Assembly: GCA_964016885.1 (NCBI GenBank)
Contig: OZ024764.1
Coordinates: 18,600,001-18,664,000 of the forward strand
From: Eledone cirrhosa
Lineage: Eukaryota
DNA length: 64,000 bases
Direction: 5' to 3'
Shown: positions 23,801-36,109 of the stretch, piece by piece
How the letters are laid out: the number at the start of each line of letters is the position of its first letter
Position numbering within the stretch: the stretch's first letter is position 1
The notes under the pieces: generated by a model
Databases searched by the model: none
Seen by the model: only the letters and a program-made list of their open reading frames with translations
Told to the model about the DNA's origin: nothing
Position numbers and translations under genes: made by a program

Positions 23801-26800
23801 CACAACAAAAAGTACCCAGTCCACACTGTAAAGTGGTCATGTAGGTGTCACAACAAAATATACCCAGTCCACACTGTAAAGTGGTCATGTAGGTGTCACA
23901 ACAAAAAGTACCCAGTCCACACTGTAAAGTGGTCATGTAGGTGTCACAACAAAAAGTACCCAGTCCACACTGTAAAGTGGTCACGTAGGTGTCACAACAA
24001 AAAGTACCCAGTCCACACTGTAAAGTGGTCATGTAGGTGTTACAACAAAAAGTACCTAGTCCACACTGTAAAGTGGTCATGTAGCTGTCATGACAAAAAG
24101 TACCCAGTCCACACTGTAAAGTGGTCATGTAGGTGTCACAACAAAAAGTAACCAGTCCACACTGTAAAGTGGTCATGTAGGTGTCACAACAAAATGTACC
24201 CAGTCCACACTGTAATGTGGTCATGCAGGTTTCACAACAAAAAGTACCCAGTCCACACTGTAATGTGGTCATATAGGTGTCACAACAAAAAGTACCAAGT
24301 CCACACTGTAAAGTGGTCATGTAGGTGTCACAACAAAAAGTACCTAGTCCACACTGTAAAGTGGTCATGTAGGTGTCACAACAAAAAGTACCCAGTCCAC
24401 ACTGTAATGTGGTCATGTAGGTGTCACAAGAAAAAGTACTCAGTCCACACTGTAAAGTGGTCATGTAGGTGTCATAACAAAAAGTACCCAGTCCACACTG
24501 TAAAGTGGTTATGTAGGTGTCATAAGCAAAAGTACCCAGTCCACACTGTAAAGTGGTCATGTAGGTGTCATAACAAAAAGTACCCAGTCCACACTGTCAA
24601 GTGGTCATGTAGGTGTCACAACAAAAAGTACCTAGTCCACACTGTAAAGTGGTCATGTAGCTGTCACAACAAAAAGTACCCAGTCCACACTGTAATGTGG
24701 TCATCAGGTTTCACAACAAAAAGTACCGAGTCCACACTGTAAAGTGGTCATATAGGTGTCACAACAAAAAGTACCCAGTCCACACTGTAAAGTGGTCATG
24801 TAGGTGTCACAACAAAAAGTACCCAGTCCACACTGTAAAGTGGACATGTAGGTGTCATGACAAAAAGTACCCAGTCCACATTGTAAAGTGGTCATGTAGG
24901 TGTCACAACAAAAAGTACCCAGTCCACACTGTAAAGTGGTCATGTAGGTGTCACAACAAAAAGTACCCAGTCCACACTGTAAAGTAGTCATGTAGGTGTC
25001 ACATCAAAAAGTACCCAGTCCACACTGTAAAGTGGTCATGTAGGTGTCACAACAAAATATACCCAGTCCACACTGTAAAGTGGTCATGTAGGTGTCACAA
25101 CAAAAAGTACCCAGTCCACACTGTAAAGTGGTCATGTAGGTGTCACAACAAAAAGTACCCAGTCCACCCTGTAAAGTGGTCATATAGGTGTCACAACAAA
25201 AAGTACCCAGTCCACCCTGTAAAGTGGTCATGTATGTGTCACAACAAAAAGAACCCAGTCCACACTGTAAAGTGGTCATGTATGTGTCACAACAAAAAGT
25301 ACCCAGTCCACACTTTAAAGTGGTAATGTAGGTGTCACAGCAAAAAGTACCCAGTCCACACTGTAATGTGGTCATGCAGGTTTCACACCAAAAAGTACCC
25401 AGTCCACACTGTAATGTGGTCATATAGGTGTCACAATAAAAAGTACCCAGTCCACACTGTAAAGTGGTCATGTAGGTGTCACAACAAAAAGTACCCAGTC
25501 CACACTGTAAAGTGGACATGTAGGTGTCACAACAAACAGCACCCAGTCCACACTGTAAAGTGGTCATGTATGTGTCACAACAAAAAGTACCTAGTCCACA
25601 CTGTAAAGTGGTCATGTAGGTGTCACAACAAAAAGTACCCAGTCCACACTGTAAAGTGGTCATGTAGGTGTCACAACAAACAGAACCCAGTCCACACTGT
25701 AAAGTGGTCATATAGGTGTCACAACAAAAAGTACCCAGTCCACCCTGTAAAGTGGTCATGTATGTGACACAACAAAAAGTACCCAGTCCACACTGTAAAG
25801 TGGTCATGTATGTGTCACAACAAAAAGTACCCAGTCCACACTTTAAAGTGGTCATGTAGGTGTCACAACAAAAACTACCCAGTCCACACTGTAATGTGGT
25901 CATGCAGGTTTCACACCAAAAAGTACCCAGTCCACACTGTAATGTGGTCATATAGGTGTCACAACAAAAAGTACCCAGTCCACACTGTAAAGTGGTCATG
26001 TAGGTGTCACAACAAAAAGTACCCAGTCCACACTGTAAAGTGGACATGTAGGTGTCATGACAAAAAGTACCCAGTCCACACTGTAAAGTGGTCATGTAGG
26101 TGTCACAACAAAAAGTAACCAGTCCACACTGTAAAGTGGTCATGTAGGTGTCACAACAAAAAGTACCCAGTCCACACTGTAAAGTGGTCATGTAGGTGTC
26201 ACGACAAAAAGTACCCAGTCCACACTGTAAAGTGGTCATGTAGGTGTCACAACAAACAGCACCCAGTCCACACTGTAAAGTGGTCATGTAGGTGTCACAA
26301 CAAAAAGTACCTAGTCCACACTGTAAAGTGGTCATGTAGGTGTCACAACAAAAAGTACCCAGTCCACACTGTAATGTGGTCATGTAGGTGTCACAAGAAA
26401 AAGTACTCAGTCCACACTGTAAAGTGGTCACGTAGGTGTCATAACGAAAAGTACCCAGTCCACACTGTAAAGTGGTTATGTAAGTGTCATAACCAAAAGT
26501 ACCCAGTCCACACTGTAAAGTGGTCATGTAGGTGTCACAACAAAAAGTACCCAGTCCACACTGTCAAGTGGTCATGTAGGTGTCACAACAAAAAGTACCC
26601 AGTCCACACTGTAAAGTAGTCATGTAGGTGTCACAACAAAAAGTACCCAGTCCACACTGTAAAGTGGTCATGTAGGTGTCACAACAAAATATACCCAGTG
26701 CACACTGTAAAGTGGTCATGTAGGTGTCACAACAAAAAGTACCCAGTCCACACTGTAAAGTGGTCATGTAGGTGTCACAACAAAAAGTACCCAGTCCACC

Positions 26801-26989
26801 CTGTAAAGTGGTCATATAGGTGTCACAACAAAAAGTACCCAGTCAACCCTGTAAAGTGGTCATGTATGTGTCACAACAAAAAGTACCCAGTCCACACTGT
26901 AAAGTGGTCATGTATGTGTCACAACAAAAAGTACCCAGTCCACACTTTAAAGTGGTCATGTAGGTGTCACAACAAAAAGTACCCAGTCC
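20811..26989. repeat. Higher-order duplication, about 2.15-kb block at offset 4029 bp (84 monomers - 3 nt)
   Basis: Matching ORFs 20975..22498/25004..26527, 21337/25366, 21781/25810 and 22345/26374; block of about 20811-22960 is repeated at about 24840-26989. Confidence 0.9.
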
Positions 26990-29900
26990 ACACTGTAAAG
27001 TGGTCATGTATGTGTCACAACAAAAAGTACCCAGTCCACACTGTAAAGTGGTCATGTATGTGTCACAACAAAATATACCCAGTGCACACTGTAAAGTGGT
27101 CATGTAGGTGTCACAACAAAAAGTACCCAGTCCACACTGTAAAGTGGTCATGTAGGTGTCACAACAAAAAGTACCCAGTCCACACTGTAAAGTGGTCATG
27201 TAGGTGTCACAACAAAATATACCCAGTGCACACTGTAAAGTGGTCATGTAGGTGTCACAACAAAAAGTACCCAGTCCACACTGTAAAGTGGTCATGTAGG
27301 TGTCACAACAAAAAGTACCCAGTCCACCCTGTAAAGTGGTCATATAGGTGTCACAACAAAAAGTACCCAGTCAACCCTGTAAAGTGGTCATGTATGTGTC
27401 ACAACAAAAAGTACCCAGTCCACACTGTAAAGTGGTCATGTATGTGTCACAACAAAAAGTACCCAGTCCACACTTTAAAGTGGTCATGTAGGTGTCACAA
27501 CAAAAAGCACCCAGTCCACACTGTAATGTGGTCATGCAGGTTTCACACCAAAAAGTACCCAGTCCACACTGTAATGTGGTCATATAGGTGTCACAACAAA
27601 AAGTACCCAGTCCACACTGTAAAGTGGTCATGTAGGTGTCAATAAAAAGTACCCACTCCACACTGTCAAGTGGTCATGTAGGTGTTACAACAAAAAGTAC
27701 CCAGTCCACACTGTAAAGTGGTCATGTAGCTGTCATGACAAAAAGTACCCAGTCCACACTGTAAAGTGGTCATGTAGGTGTCACAACAAAAAGTAACCAG
27801 TCCACACTGTAAAGTGGTCATGTAGGTGTCACAACAAAATGTACCCAGTCCACACTGTAATGTGGTCATGCAGGTTTCACAACAAAAAGTACCCAGTCCA
27901 CACTGTAATGTGGTCATATAGGTGTCACAACAAAAAGTACCCAGTCCACACTGTAAAGTGGTCATGTAGGTGTCACAACAAAAAGTACCCAGTCCACACT
28001 GTAAAGTGGACATGTAGGTGTCATGACAAAAAGTACCCAGTCCACACTGTAAAGTGGTCATGTAGGTGTCACAACAAAAAGTACCCAGTCCACACTGTCA
28101 AGTGGTCATGTAGGTGTCACAACAAAAAGTACCCAGTCCACACTGTAAAGTAGTCATGTAGGTGTCACAACAAAAAGTACCCAGTCCACACTGTAAAGTG
28201 GTCATGTAGGTGTCACAACAAAATATACCCAGTGCACACTGTAAAGTGGTCATGTAGGTGTCACAACAAAAAGTACCCAGTCCACACTGTAAAGTGGTCA
28301 TGTAGGTGTCACAACAAAAAGTACCCAGTCCACCCTGTAAAGTGGTCATATAGGTGTCACAACAAAAAGTACCCAGTCAACCCTGTAAAGTGGTCATGTA
28401 TGTGTCACAACAAAAAGTACCCAGTCCACACTGTAAAGTGGTCATGTATGTGTCACAACAAAAAGTACCCAGTCCACACTTTAAAGTGGTCATGTAGGTG
28501 TCACAACAAAAAGTACCCAGTCCACACTGTAAAGTGGTCATGTAGGTGTCACAACAAAAAGTACCCAGTCCACACTGTAATGTGGTCATGCAGGTTTCAC
28601 ACCAAAAAGTACCCAGTCCACACTGTAATGTGGTCATATAGGTGTCACAACAAAAAGTACCCAGTCCACACTGTAAAGTGGTCATGTAGGTGTCAATAAA
28701 AAGTACCCACTCCACACTGTCAAGTGGTCATGTAGGTGTTACAACAAAAAGTACCTAGTCCACACTGTAAAGTGGTCATGTAGGTGTCACAACAAAAAGT
28801 AACCAGTCCACACTGTAAAGTGGTCATGTAGGTGTCACAACAAAATGTACCCAGTCCACACTGTAATGTGGTCATGCAGGTTTCACAACAAAAAGTACCC
28901 AGTCCACACTGTAATGTGGTCATATAGGTGTCACAACAAAAAGTACCAAGTCCACACTGTAAAGTGGTCATGTAGGTGTCACAACAAAAAGTACCTAGTC
29001 CACACTGTAAAGTGGTCATGTAGCTGTCACAACAAAAAGTACCCAGTCCACACTGTAATGTGGTCATGCAGGTTTCACAACAAAAAGTACCCAGTCCACA
29101 CTGTAATGTGGTCATATAGGTGTCACAACAAAAAGTACCCAGTCCACACTGTAAAGTGGTCATGTAGGTGTCACAACAAAAAGTACCCAGTCCACACTGT
29201 AAAGTGGACATGTAGGTGTCATGACAAAAAGTACCCAGTCCACACTGTAAAGTGGTCATGTAGGTGTCACAACAAAAAGTACCCAGTCCACACTGTAAAG
29301 TGGTCATGTAGGTGTCACAACAAAAAGTACCCAGCCCCCACTGTAAAGTGGTCATGTAGGTGTCACAACAAAAAGTACCCAGTCCACACTGTAAAGTGGT
29401 CATGTAGGTGTCACAACAAAATATACCCAGTCCACACTGTAAAGTGGTCATGTAGGTGTCACAACAAAAAGTACCCAGTCCACACTGTAAAGTGGTCATG
29501 TAGGTGTCACAACAAAAAGTACCCAGTCCACACTGTAAAGTGGTCACGTAGGTGTCACAACAAAAAGTACCCAGTCCACACTGTAAAGTGGTCATGTAGG
29601 TGTTACAACAAAAAGTACCTAGTCCACACTGTAAAGTGGTCATGTAGCTGTCATGACAAAAAGTACCCAGTCCACACTGTAAAGTGGTCATGTAGGTGTC
29701 ACAACAAAAAGTAACCAGTCCACACTGTAAAGTGGTCATGTAGGTGTCACAACAAAATGTACCCAGTCCACACTGTAATGTGGTCATGCAGGTTTCACAA
29801 CAAAAAGTACCCAGTCCACACTGTAATGTGGTCATATAGGTGTCACAACAAAAAGTACCAAGTCCACACTGTAAAGTGGTCATGTAGGTGTCACAACAAA

Positions 29901-32400
29901 AAGTACCTAGTCCACACTGTAAAGTGGTCATGTAGGTGTCACAACAAAAAGTACCCAGTCCACACTGTAATGTGGTCATGTAGGTGTCACAAGAAAAAGT
30001 ACTCAGTCCACACTGTAAAGTGGTCATGTAGGTGTCATAACAAAAAGTACCCAGTCCACACTGTAAAGTGGTTATGTAGGTGTCATAAGCAAAAGTACCC
30101 AGTCCACACTGTAAAGTGGTCATGTAGGTGTCATAACAAAAAGTACCCAGTCCACACTGTCAAGTGGTCATGTAGGTGTCACAACAAAAAGTACCTAGTC
30201 CACACTGTAAAGTGGTCATGTAGCTGTCACAACAAAAAGTACCCAGTCCACACTGTAATGTGGTCATCAGGTTTCACAACAAAAAGTACCGAGTCCACAC
30301 TGTAAAGTGGTCATATAGGTGTCACAACAAAAAGTACCCAGTCCACACTGTAAAGTGGTCATGTAGGTGTCACAACAAAAAGTACCCAGTCCACACTGTA
30401 AAGTGGACATGTAGGTGTCATGACAAAAAGTACCCAGTCCACATTGTAAAGTGGTCATGTAGGTGTCACAACAAAAAGTACCCAGTCCACACTGTAAAGT
30501 GGTCATGTAGGTGTCACAACAAAAAGTACCCAGTCCACACTGTAAAGTAGTCATGTAGGTGTCACATCAAAAAGTACCCAGTCCACACTGTAAAGTGGTC
30601 ATGTAGGTGTCACAACAAAATATACCCAGTCCACACTGTAAAGTGGTCATGTAGGTGTCACAACAAAAAGTACCCAGTCCACACTGTAAAGTGGTCATGT
30701 AGGTGTCACAACAAAAAGTACCCAGTCCACCCTGTAAAGTGGTCATATAGGTGTCACAACAAAAAGTACCCAGTCCACCCTGTAAAGTGGTCATGTATGT
30801 GTCACAACAAAAAGAACCCAGTCCACACTGTAAAGTGGTCATGTATGTGTCACAACAAAAAGTACCCAGTCCACACTTTAAAGTGGTAATGTAGGTGTCA
30901 CAGCAAAAAGTACCCAGTCCACACTGTAATGTGGTCATGCAGGTTTCACACCAAAAAGTACCCAGTCCACACTGTAATGTGGTCATATAGGTGTCACAAT
31001 AAAAAGTACCCAGTCCACACTGTAAAGTGGTCATGTAGGTGTCACAACAAAAAGTACCCAGTCCACACTGTAAAGTGGACATGTAGGTGTCACAACAAAC
31101 AGCACCCAGTCCACACTGTAAAGTGGTCATGTATGTGTCACAACAAAAAGTACCTAGTCCACACTGTAAAGTGGTCATGTAGGTGTCACAACAAAAAGTA
31201 CCCAGTCCACACTGTAAAGTGGTCATGTAGGTGTCACAACAAACAGAACCCAGTCCACACTGTAAAGTGGTCATATAGGTGTCACAACAAAAAGTACCCA
31301 GTCCACCCTGTAAAGTGGTCATGTATGTGTCACAACAAAAAGTACCCAGTCCACACTTTAAAGTGGTCATGTAGGTGTCACAACAAAAACTACCCAGTCC
31401 ACACTGTAATGTGGTCATGCAGGTTTCACACCAAAAAGTACCCAGTCCACACTGTAATGTGGTCATATAGGTGTCACAACAAAAAGTACCCAGTCCACAC
31501 TGTAAAGTGGTCATGTAGGTGTCACAACAAAAAGTACCCAGTCCACACTGTAAAGTGGACATGTAGGTGTCATGACAAAAAGTACCCAGTCCACACTGTA
31601 AAGTGGTCATGTAGGTGTCACAACAAAAAGTAACCAGTCCACACTGTAAAGTGGTCATGTAGGTGTCACAACAAAAAGTACCCAGTCCACACTGTAAAGT
31701 GGTCATGTAGGTGTCACGACAAAAAGTACCCAGTCCACACTGTAAAGTGGTCATGTAGGTGTCACAACAAACAGCACCCAGTCCACACTGTAAAGTGGTC
31801 ATGTAGGTGTCACAACAAAAAGTACCTAGTCCACACTGTAAAGTGGTCATGTAGGTGTCACAACAAAAAGTACCCAGTCCACACTGTAATGTGGTCATGT
31901 AGGTGTCACAAGAAAAAGTACTCAGTCCACACTGTAAAGTGGTCACGTAGGTGTCATAACGAAAAGTACCCAGTCCACACTGTAAAGTGGTTATGTAAGT
32001 GTCATAACCAAAAGTACCCAGTCCACACTGTAAAGTGGTCATGTAGGTGTCACAACAAAAAGTACCCAGTCCACACTGTCAAGTGGTCATGTAGGTGTCA
32101 CAACAAAAAGTACCCAGTCCACACTGTAAAGTAGTCATGTAGGTGTCACAACAAAAAGTACCCAGTCCACACTGTAAAGTGGTCATGTAGGTGTCACAAC
32201 AAAATATACCCAGTGCACACTGTAAAGTGGTCATGTAGGTGTCACAACAAAAAGTACCCAGTCCACACTGTAAAGTGGTCATGTAGGTGTCACAACAAAA
32301 AGTACCCAGTCCACCCTGTAAAGTGGTCATATAGGTGTCACAACAAAAAGTACCCAGTCAACCCTGTAAAGTGGTCATGTATGTGTCACAACAAAAAGTA
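23200..32400. repeat. Higher-order duplication, offset 5563 bp (116 monomers - 5 nt), shifting to 5515 after loss of one monomer
   Basis: ORFs 23282/28845, 24194/29757, 24697/30260 and 25004/30567 are 5563 apart; 26374/31889 are 5515 apart. The CATCAG deletion variant lies at 24702 and 30265. Confidence 0.9.
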
Positions 32401-35400
32401 CCCAGTCCACACTGTAAAGTGGTCATGTAGGTGACACAACAAAAAGTACCCAGTCCACCCTGTAAAGTGGTCATGTAGGTGTCACAACAAAAAGTACCCA
32501 GTCCACACTGTAAAGTGGTCATGTAGGTGTCACAACAAAAAGTACCCAGTCCACCCTGTAAAGTGGTCATGTAGGTGTCACAACAAAAAGTACCCAGTCC
32601 ACACTGTAAAGTGGTCATGTATGTGTCACAACAAAAAGTACCCAGTCCACACTTTAAAGTGGTCATGTAGGTGTCACAACAAAAAGTACCCAGTCCACAC
32701 TGTAATGTGGTCATGCAGGTTTCACACCAAAAAGTACCCAGTCCACACTGTAATGTGGTCATATAGGTGTCACAACAAAAAGTACCCAGTCCACACTGTA
32801 AAGTGGTCATGTAGGTGTCAATAAAAAGTACCCACTCCACACTGTCAAGTGGTCATGTAGGTGTTACAACAAAAAGTACCCAGTCCACACTGTAAAGTGG
32901 TCATGTAGCTGTCATGACAAAAAGTACCCAGTCCACACTGTAAAGTGGTCATGTAGGTGTCACAACAAAAAGTAACCAGTCCACACTGTAAAGTGGTCAT
33001 GTAGGTGTCACAACAAAATGTACCCAGTCCACACTGTAATGTGGTCATGCAGGTTTCACAACAAAAAGTACCCAGTCCACACTGTAATGTGGTCATATAG
33101 GTGTCACAACAAAAAGTACCAAGTCCACACTGTAAAGTGGTCATGTAGGTGTCACAACAAAAAGTACCTAGTCCACACTGTAAGGTGGTCATGTAGCTGT
33201 CACAACAAAAAGTACCCAGTCCACACTGTAATGTGGTCATGCAGGTTTCACAACAAAAAGTACCCAGTCCACACTGTAATGTGGTCATATAGGTGTCACA
33301 ACAAAAAGTACCCAGTCCACACTGTAAAGTGGTCATGTAGGTGTCACAACAAAAAGTACCCAGTCCACACTGTAAAGTGGACATGTAGGTGTCATGACAA
33401 AAAGTACCCAGTCCACACTGTAAAGTGGTCATGTAGGTGTCACAACAAAAAGTACCCAGTCCACACTGTAAAGTGGTCATGTAGGTGTCACAACAAAAAG
33501 TACCCAGCCCCCACTGTAAAGTGGTCATGTAGGTGTCACAACAAAAAGTACCCAGTCCACACTGTAAAGTGGTCATGTAGGTGTCACAACAAAATATACC
33601 CAGTCCACACTGTAAAGTGGTCATGTAGGTGTCACAACAAAAAGTACCCAGTCCACACTGTAAAGTGGTCATGTAGGTGTCACAACAAAAAGTACCCAGT
33701 CCACACTGTAAAGTGGTCACGTAGGTGTCACAACAAAAAGTACCCAGTCCACACTGTAAAGTGGTCATGTAGGTATCATGACAAAAAGTACCCAGTCCAC
33801 ACTGTAAAGTGGTCATGTAGGTGTCACAACAAACAACACCCAGTCCACACTGTAAAGTGGTCATGTAGGTGTCACAACAAAAAGTATCCAGTCCACCCTG
33901 TAAAGTGGTCATATAGGTTTCACAACAAAAAGTACCCAGTCCACCCTGTAAAGTGGTCATGTATGTGTCACAACAAAAAGTACCCAGTCCACACTGTAAA
34001 GTGGTCATGTATGTGTCACAACAAAAAGTACCCAGTCCACACTTTAAAGTGGTCATGTAGGTGTCACAACAAAAAGTACCCAGTCCACACTGTAATGTGG
34101 TCATGCAGGTTTCACACCAAAAAGTACCCAGTCCACACTGTAATGTGGTCATATAGGTGTCACAACAAAAAGTACCCAGTCCACACTGTAAAGTGGTCAT
34201 GTAGGTGTCACAACAAAAAGTACCCAGTCCACACTGTAAAGTGGACATGTAGGTGTCATGACAAAAAGTACCCAGTCCACACTGTAAAGTGGTCATGTAG
34301 GTGTCACAACAAAAAGTAACCAGTCCACACTGTAAAGTGGTCATGTAGGTGTCACAACAAAATGTACCCAGTCCACACTGTAAAGTGGTCATGTAGGTGT
34401 CACAACAAAATATACCCAGTCCACACTGTAAAGTGGTCATGTAGGTGTCACAACAAAAAGTACCCAGTCCACACTGTAAAGTGGTCATGTAGGTGTCACA
34501 ACAAAAAGTACCCAGTCCACACTGTAAAGTGGTCATGTAGGTGTCACAACAAAAAGTACCCAGTCCACCCTGTAAAGTGGTCATATATGTGTCACAACAA
34601 AAAGTACCCAGTCCACCCTGTAAAGTGGTCATGTATGTGTCACAACAAAAAGTACCCAGTCTACACTGTAAAGTGGTCATGTAGGTGTCACAACAAAAAG
34701 TACCCAGTCCACACTGTAAAGTGGTCAAGTAGGTGTCACAACAAAAAGTACCCAGTCCACACTGTAAAGTGGTCATGTAGGTATCATGACAAAAAGTACC
34801 CAGTCCACACTGTAAAGTGGACATGTAGGTGTCATGACAAAATGTACCCAGTCCACACTGTAAAGTGGTCATGTAGGTGTCACAACAAAAATACACAGTC
34901 CACACTGTAAAGTGGTCATGTAGGTGTCACAACAAAAAGTACCCAGTCCACACTGTAAAGTGGTCATGTAGGTGTCACAAAAAAAGTACCCAGTCCACCC
35001 TGTAAAGTGGTCATATAGGTGTCACAACAAAAAGTACCCAGTCCACCCAGTAAAGTGGTCATGTATGTGTCACAACAAAAAGTACCCAGTCCACACTGTA
35101 AAGTGGTCATGTATGTGTCACAACAAAAAGTACCCAGTCCACACTTTAAAGTGGTCATATAGGTGTCACAACAAAAATTACCCAGTCCACACTGTAATGT
35201 GGTCATGCAGGTTTCACACCAAAAAGTACCCAGTCCACACTGTAGTGTGGTCATATAGGTGTCACAACAAAAAGTACCCAGTCCACACTGTAAAGTGGTC
35301 ATGTAGGTGTCAACAAAAAGTACCCAGTCCACACGGTCAAGTGGTCATGTAGGTGTCACAACAAAAAGTACCTAGTCCACACTGTAAAGTGGTCATGTAG

Positions 35401-36109
35401 CTGTCACAACAAAAAGTACCCAGTCCACACTGTAATGTGGTCATGCAGGTTTCACAACAAAAAGTACCCGGTCCACACTGTAATGTGGTCATATAGGTGT
35501 CACAACAAAAAGTACCCAGTCCACACCGTAAAGTGGTCATGTAGGTGTCACAACAAAAAGTACCTAGTCCACACTGTAAAGTGGTCATGTGGCTGTCACA
35601 ACAAAAAATACCCAGTCCACACTGTAATGTGGTCATGCAGGTTTCACAACAAAAAGTACCCAGTCCACACTGTAATGTGGTCATATAGGTGTCACAACAA
35701 AAAGTACCCAGTCCACACTGTAAAGTGGTCATGTAGGTCTCACAACAAAAAGTACCCAGTCCACACTGTAAAGTGGACATGTAGGTGTCATGACAAAAAG
35801 TACCCAGTCCACACTGTAAAGTGGTCATGTAGGTGTCACAACAAAAAGTACCCAGTCCACACTGTAAAGTGGTCATGTAGGTGTCACAACAAAAAGTACC
35901 CAGTCCACACTGTAAAGTGGTCATGTAGGTGTCACAACAAAAAGTACCCAGTCCACACTGTAAAGTGGTCATGTAGGTGTCACAACTAAATATACCCAGT
36001 CCACACTGTAAAGTGGTCATGTAGGTGTCACAACAAAAAGTACCCAGTCCACACTGTAAAGTGGTCATATAGGTGTCACAACAAAAAGTACCCAGTCCAC
36101 ACTGTAAAG

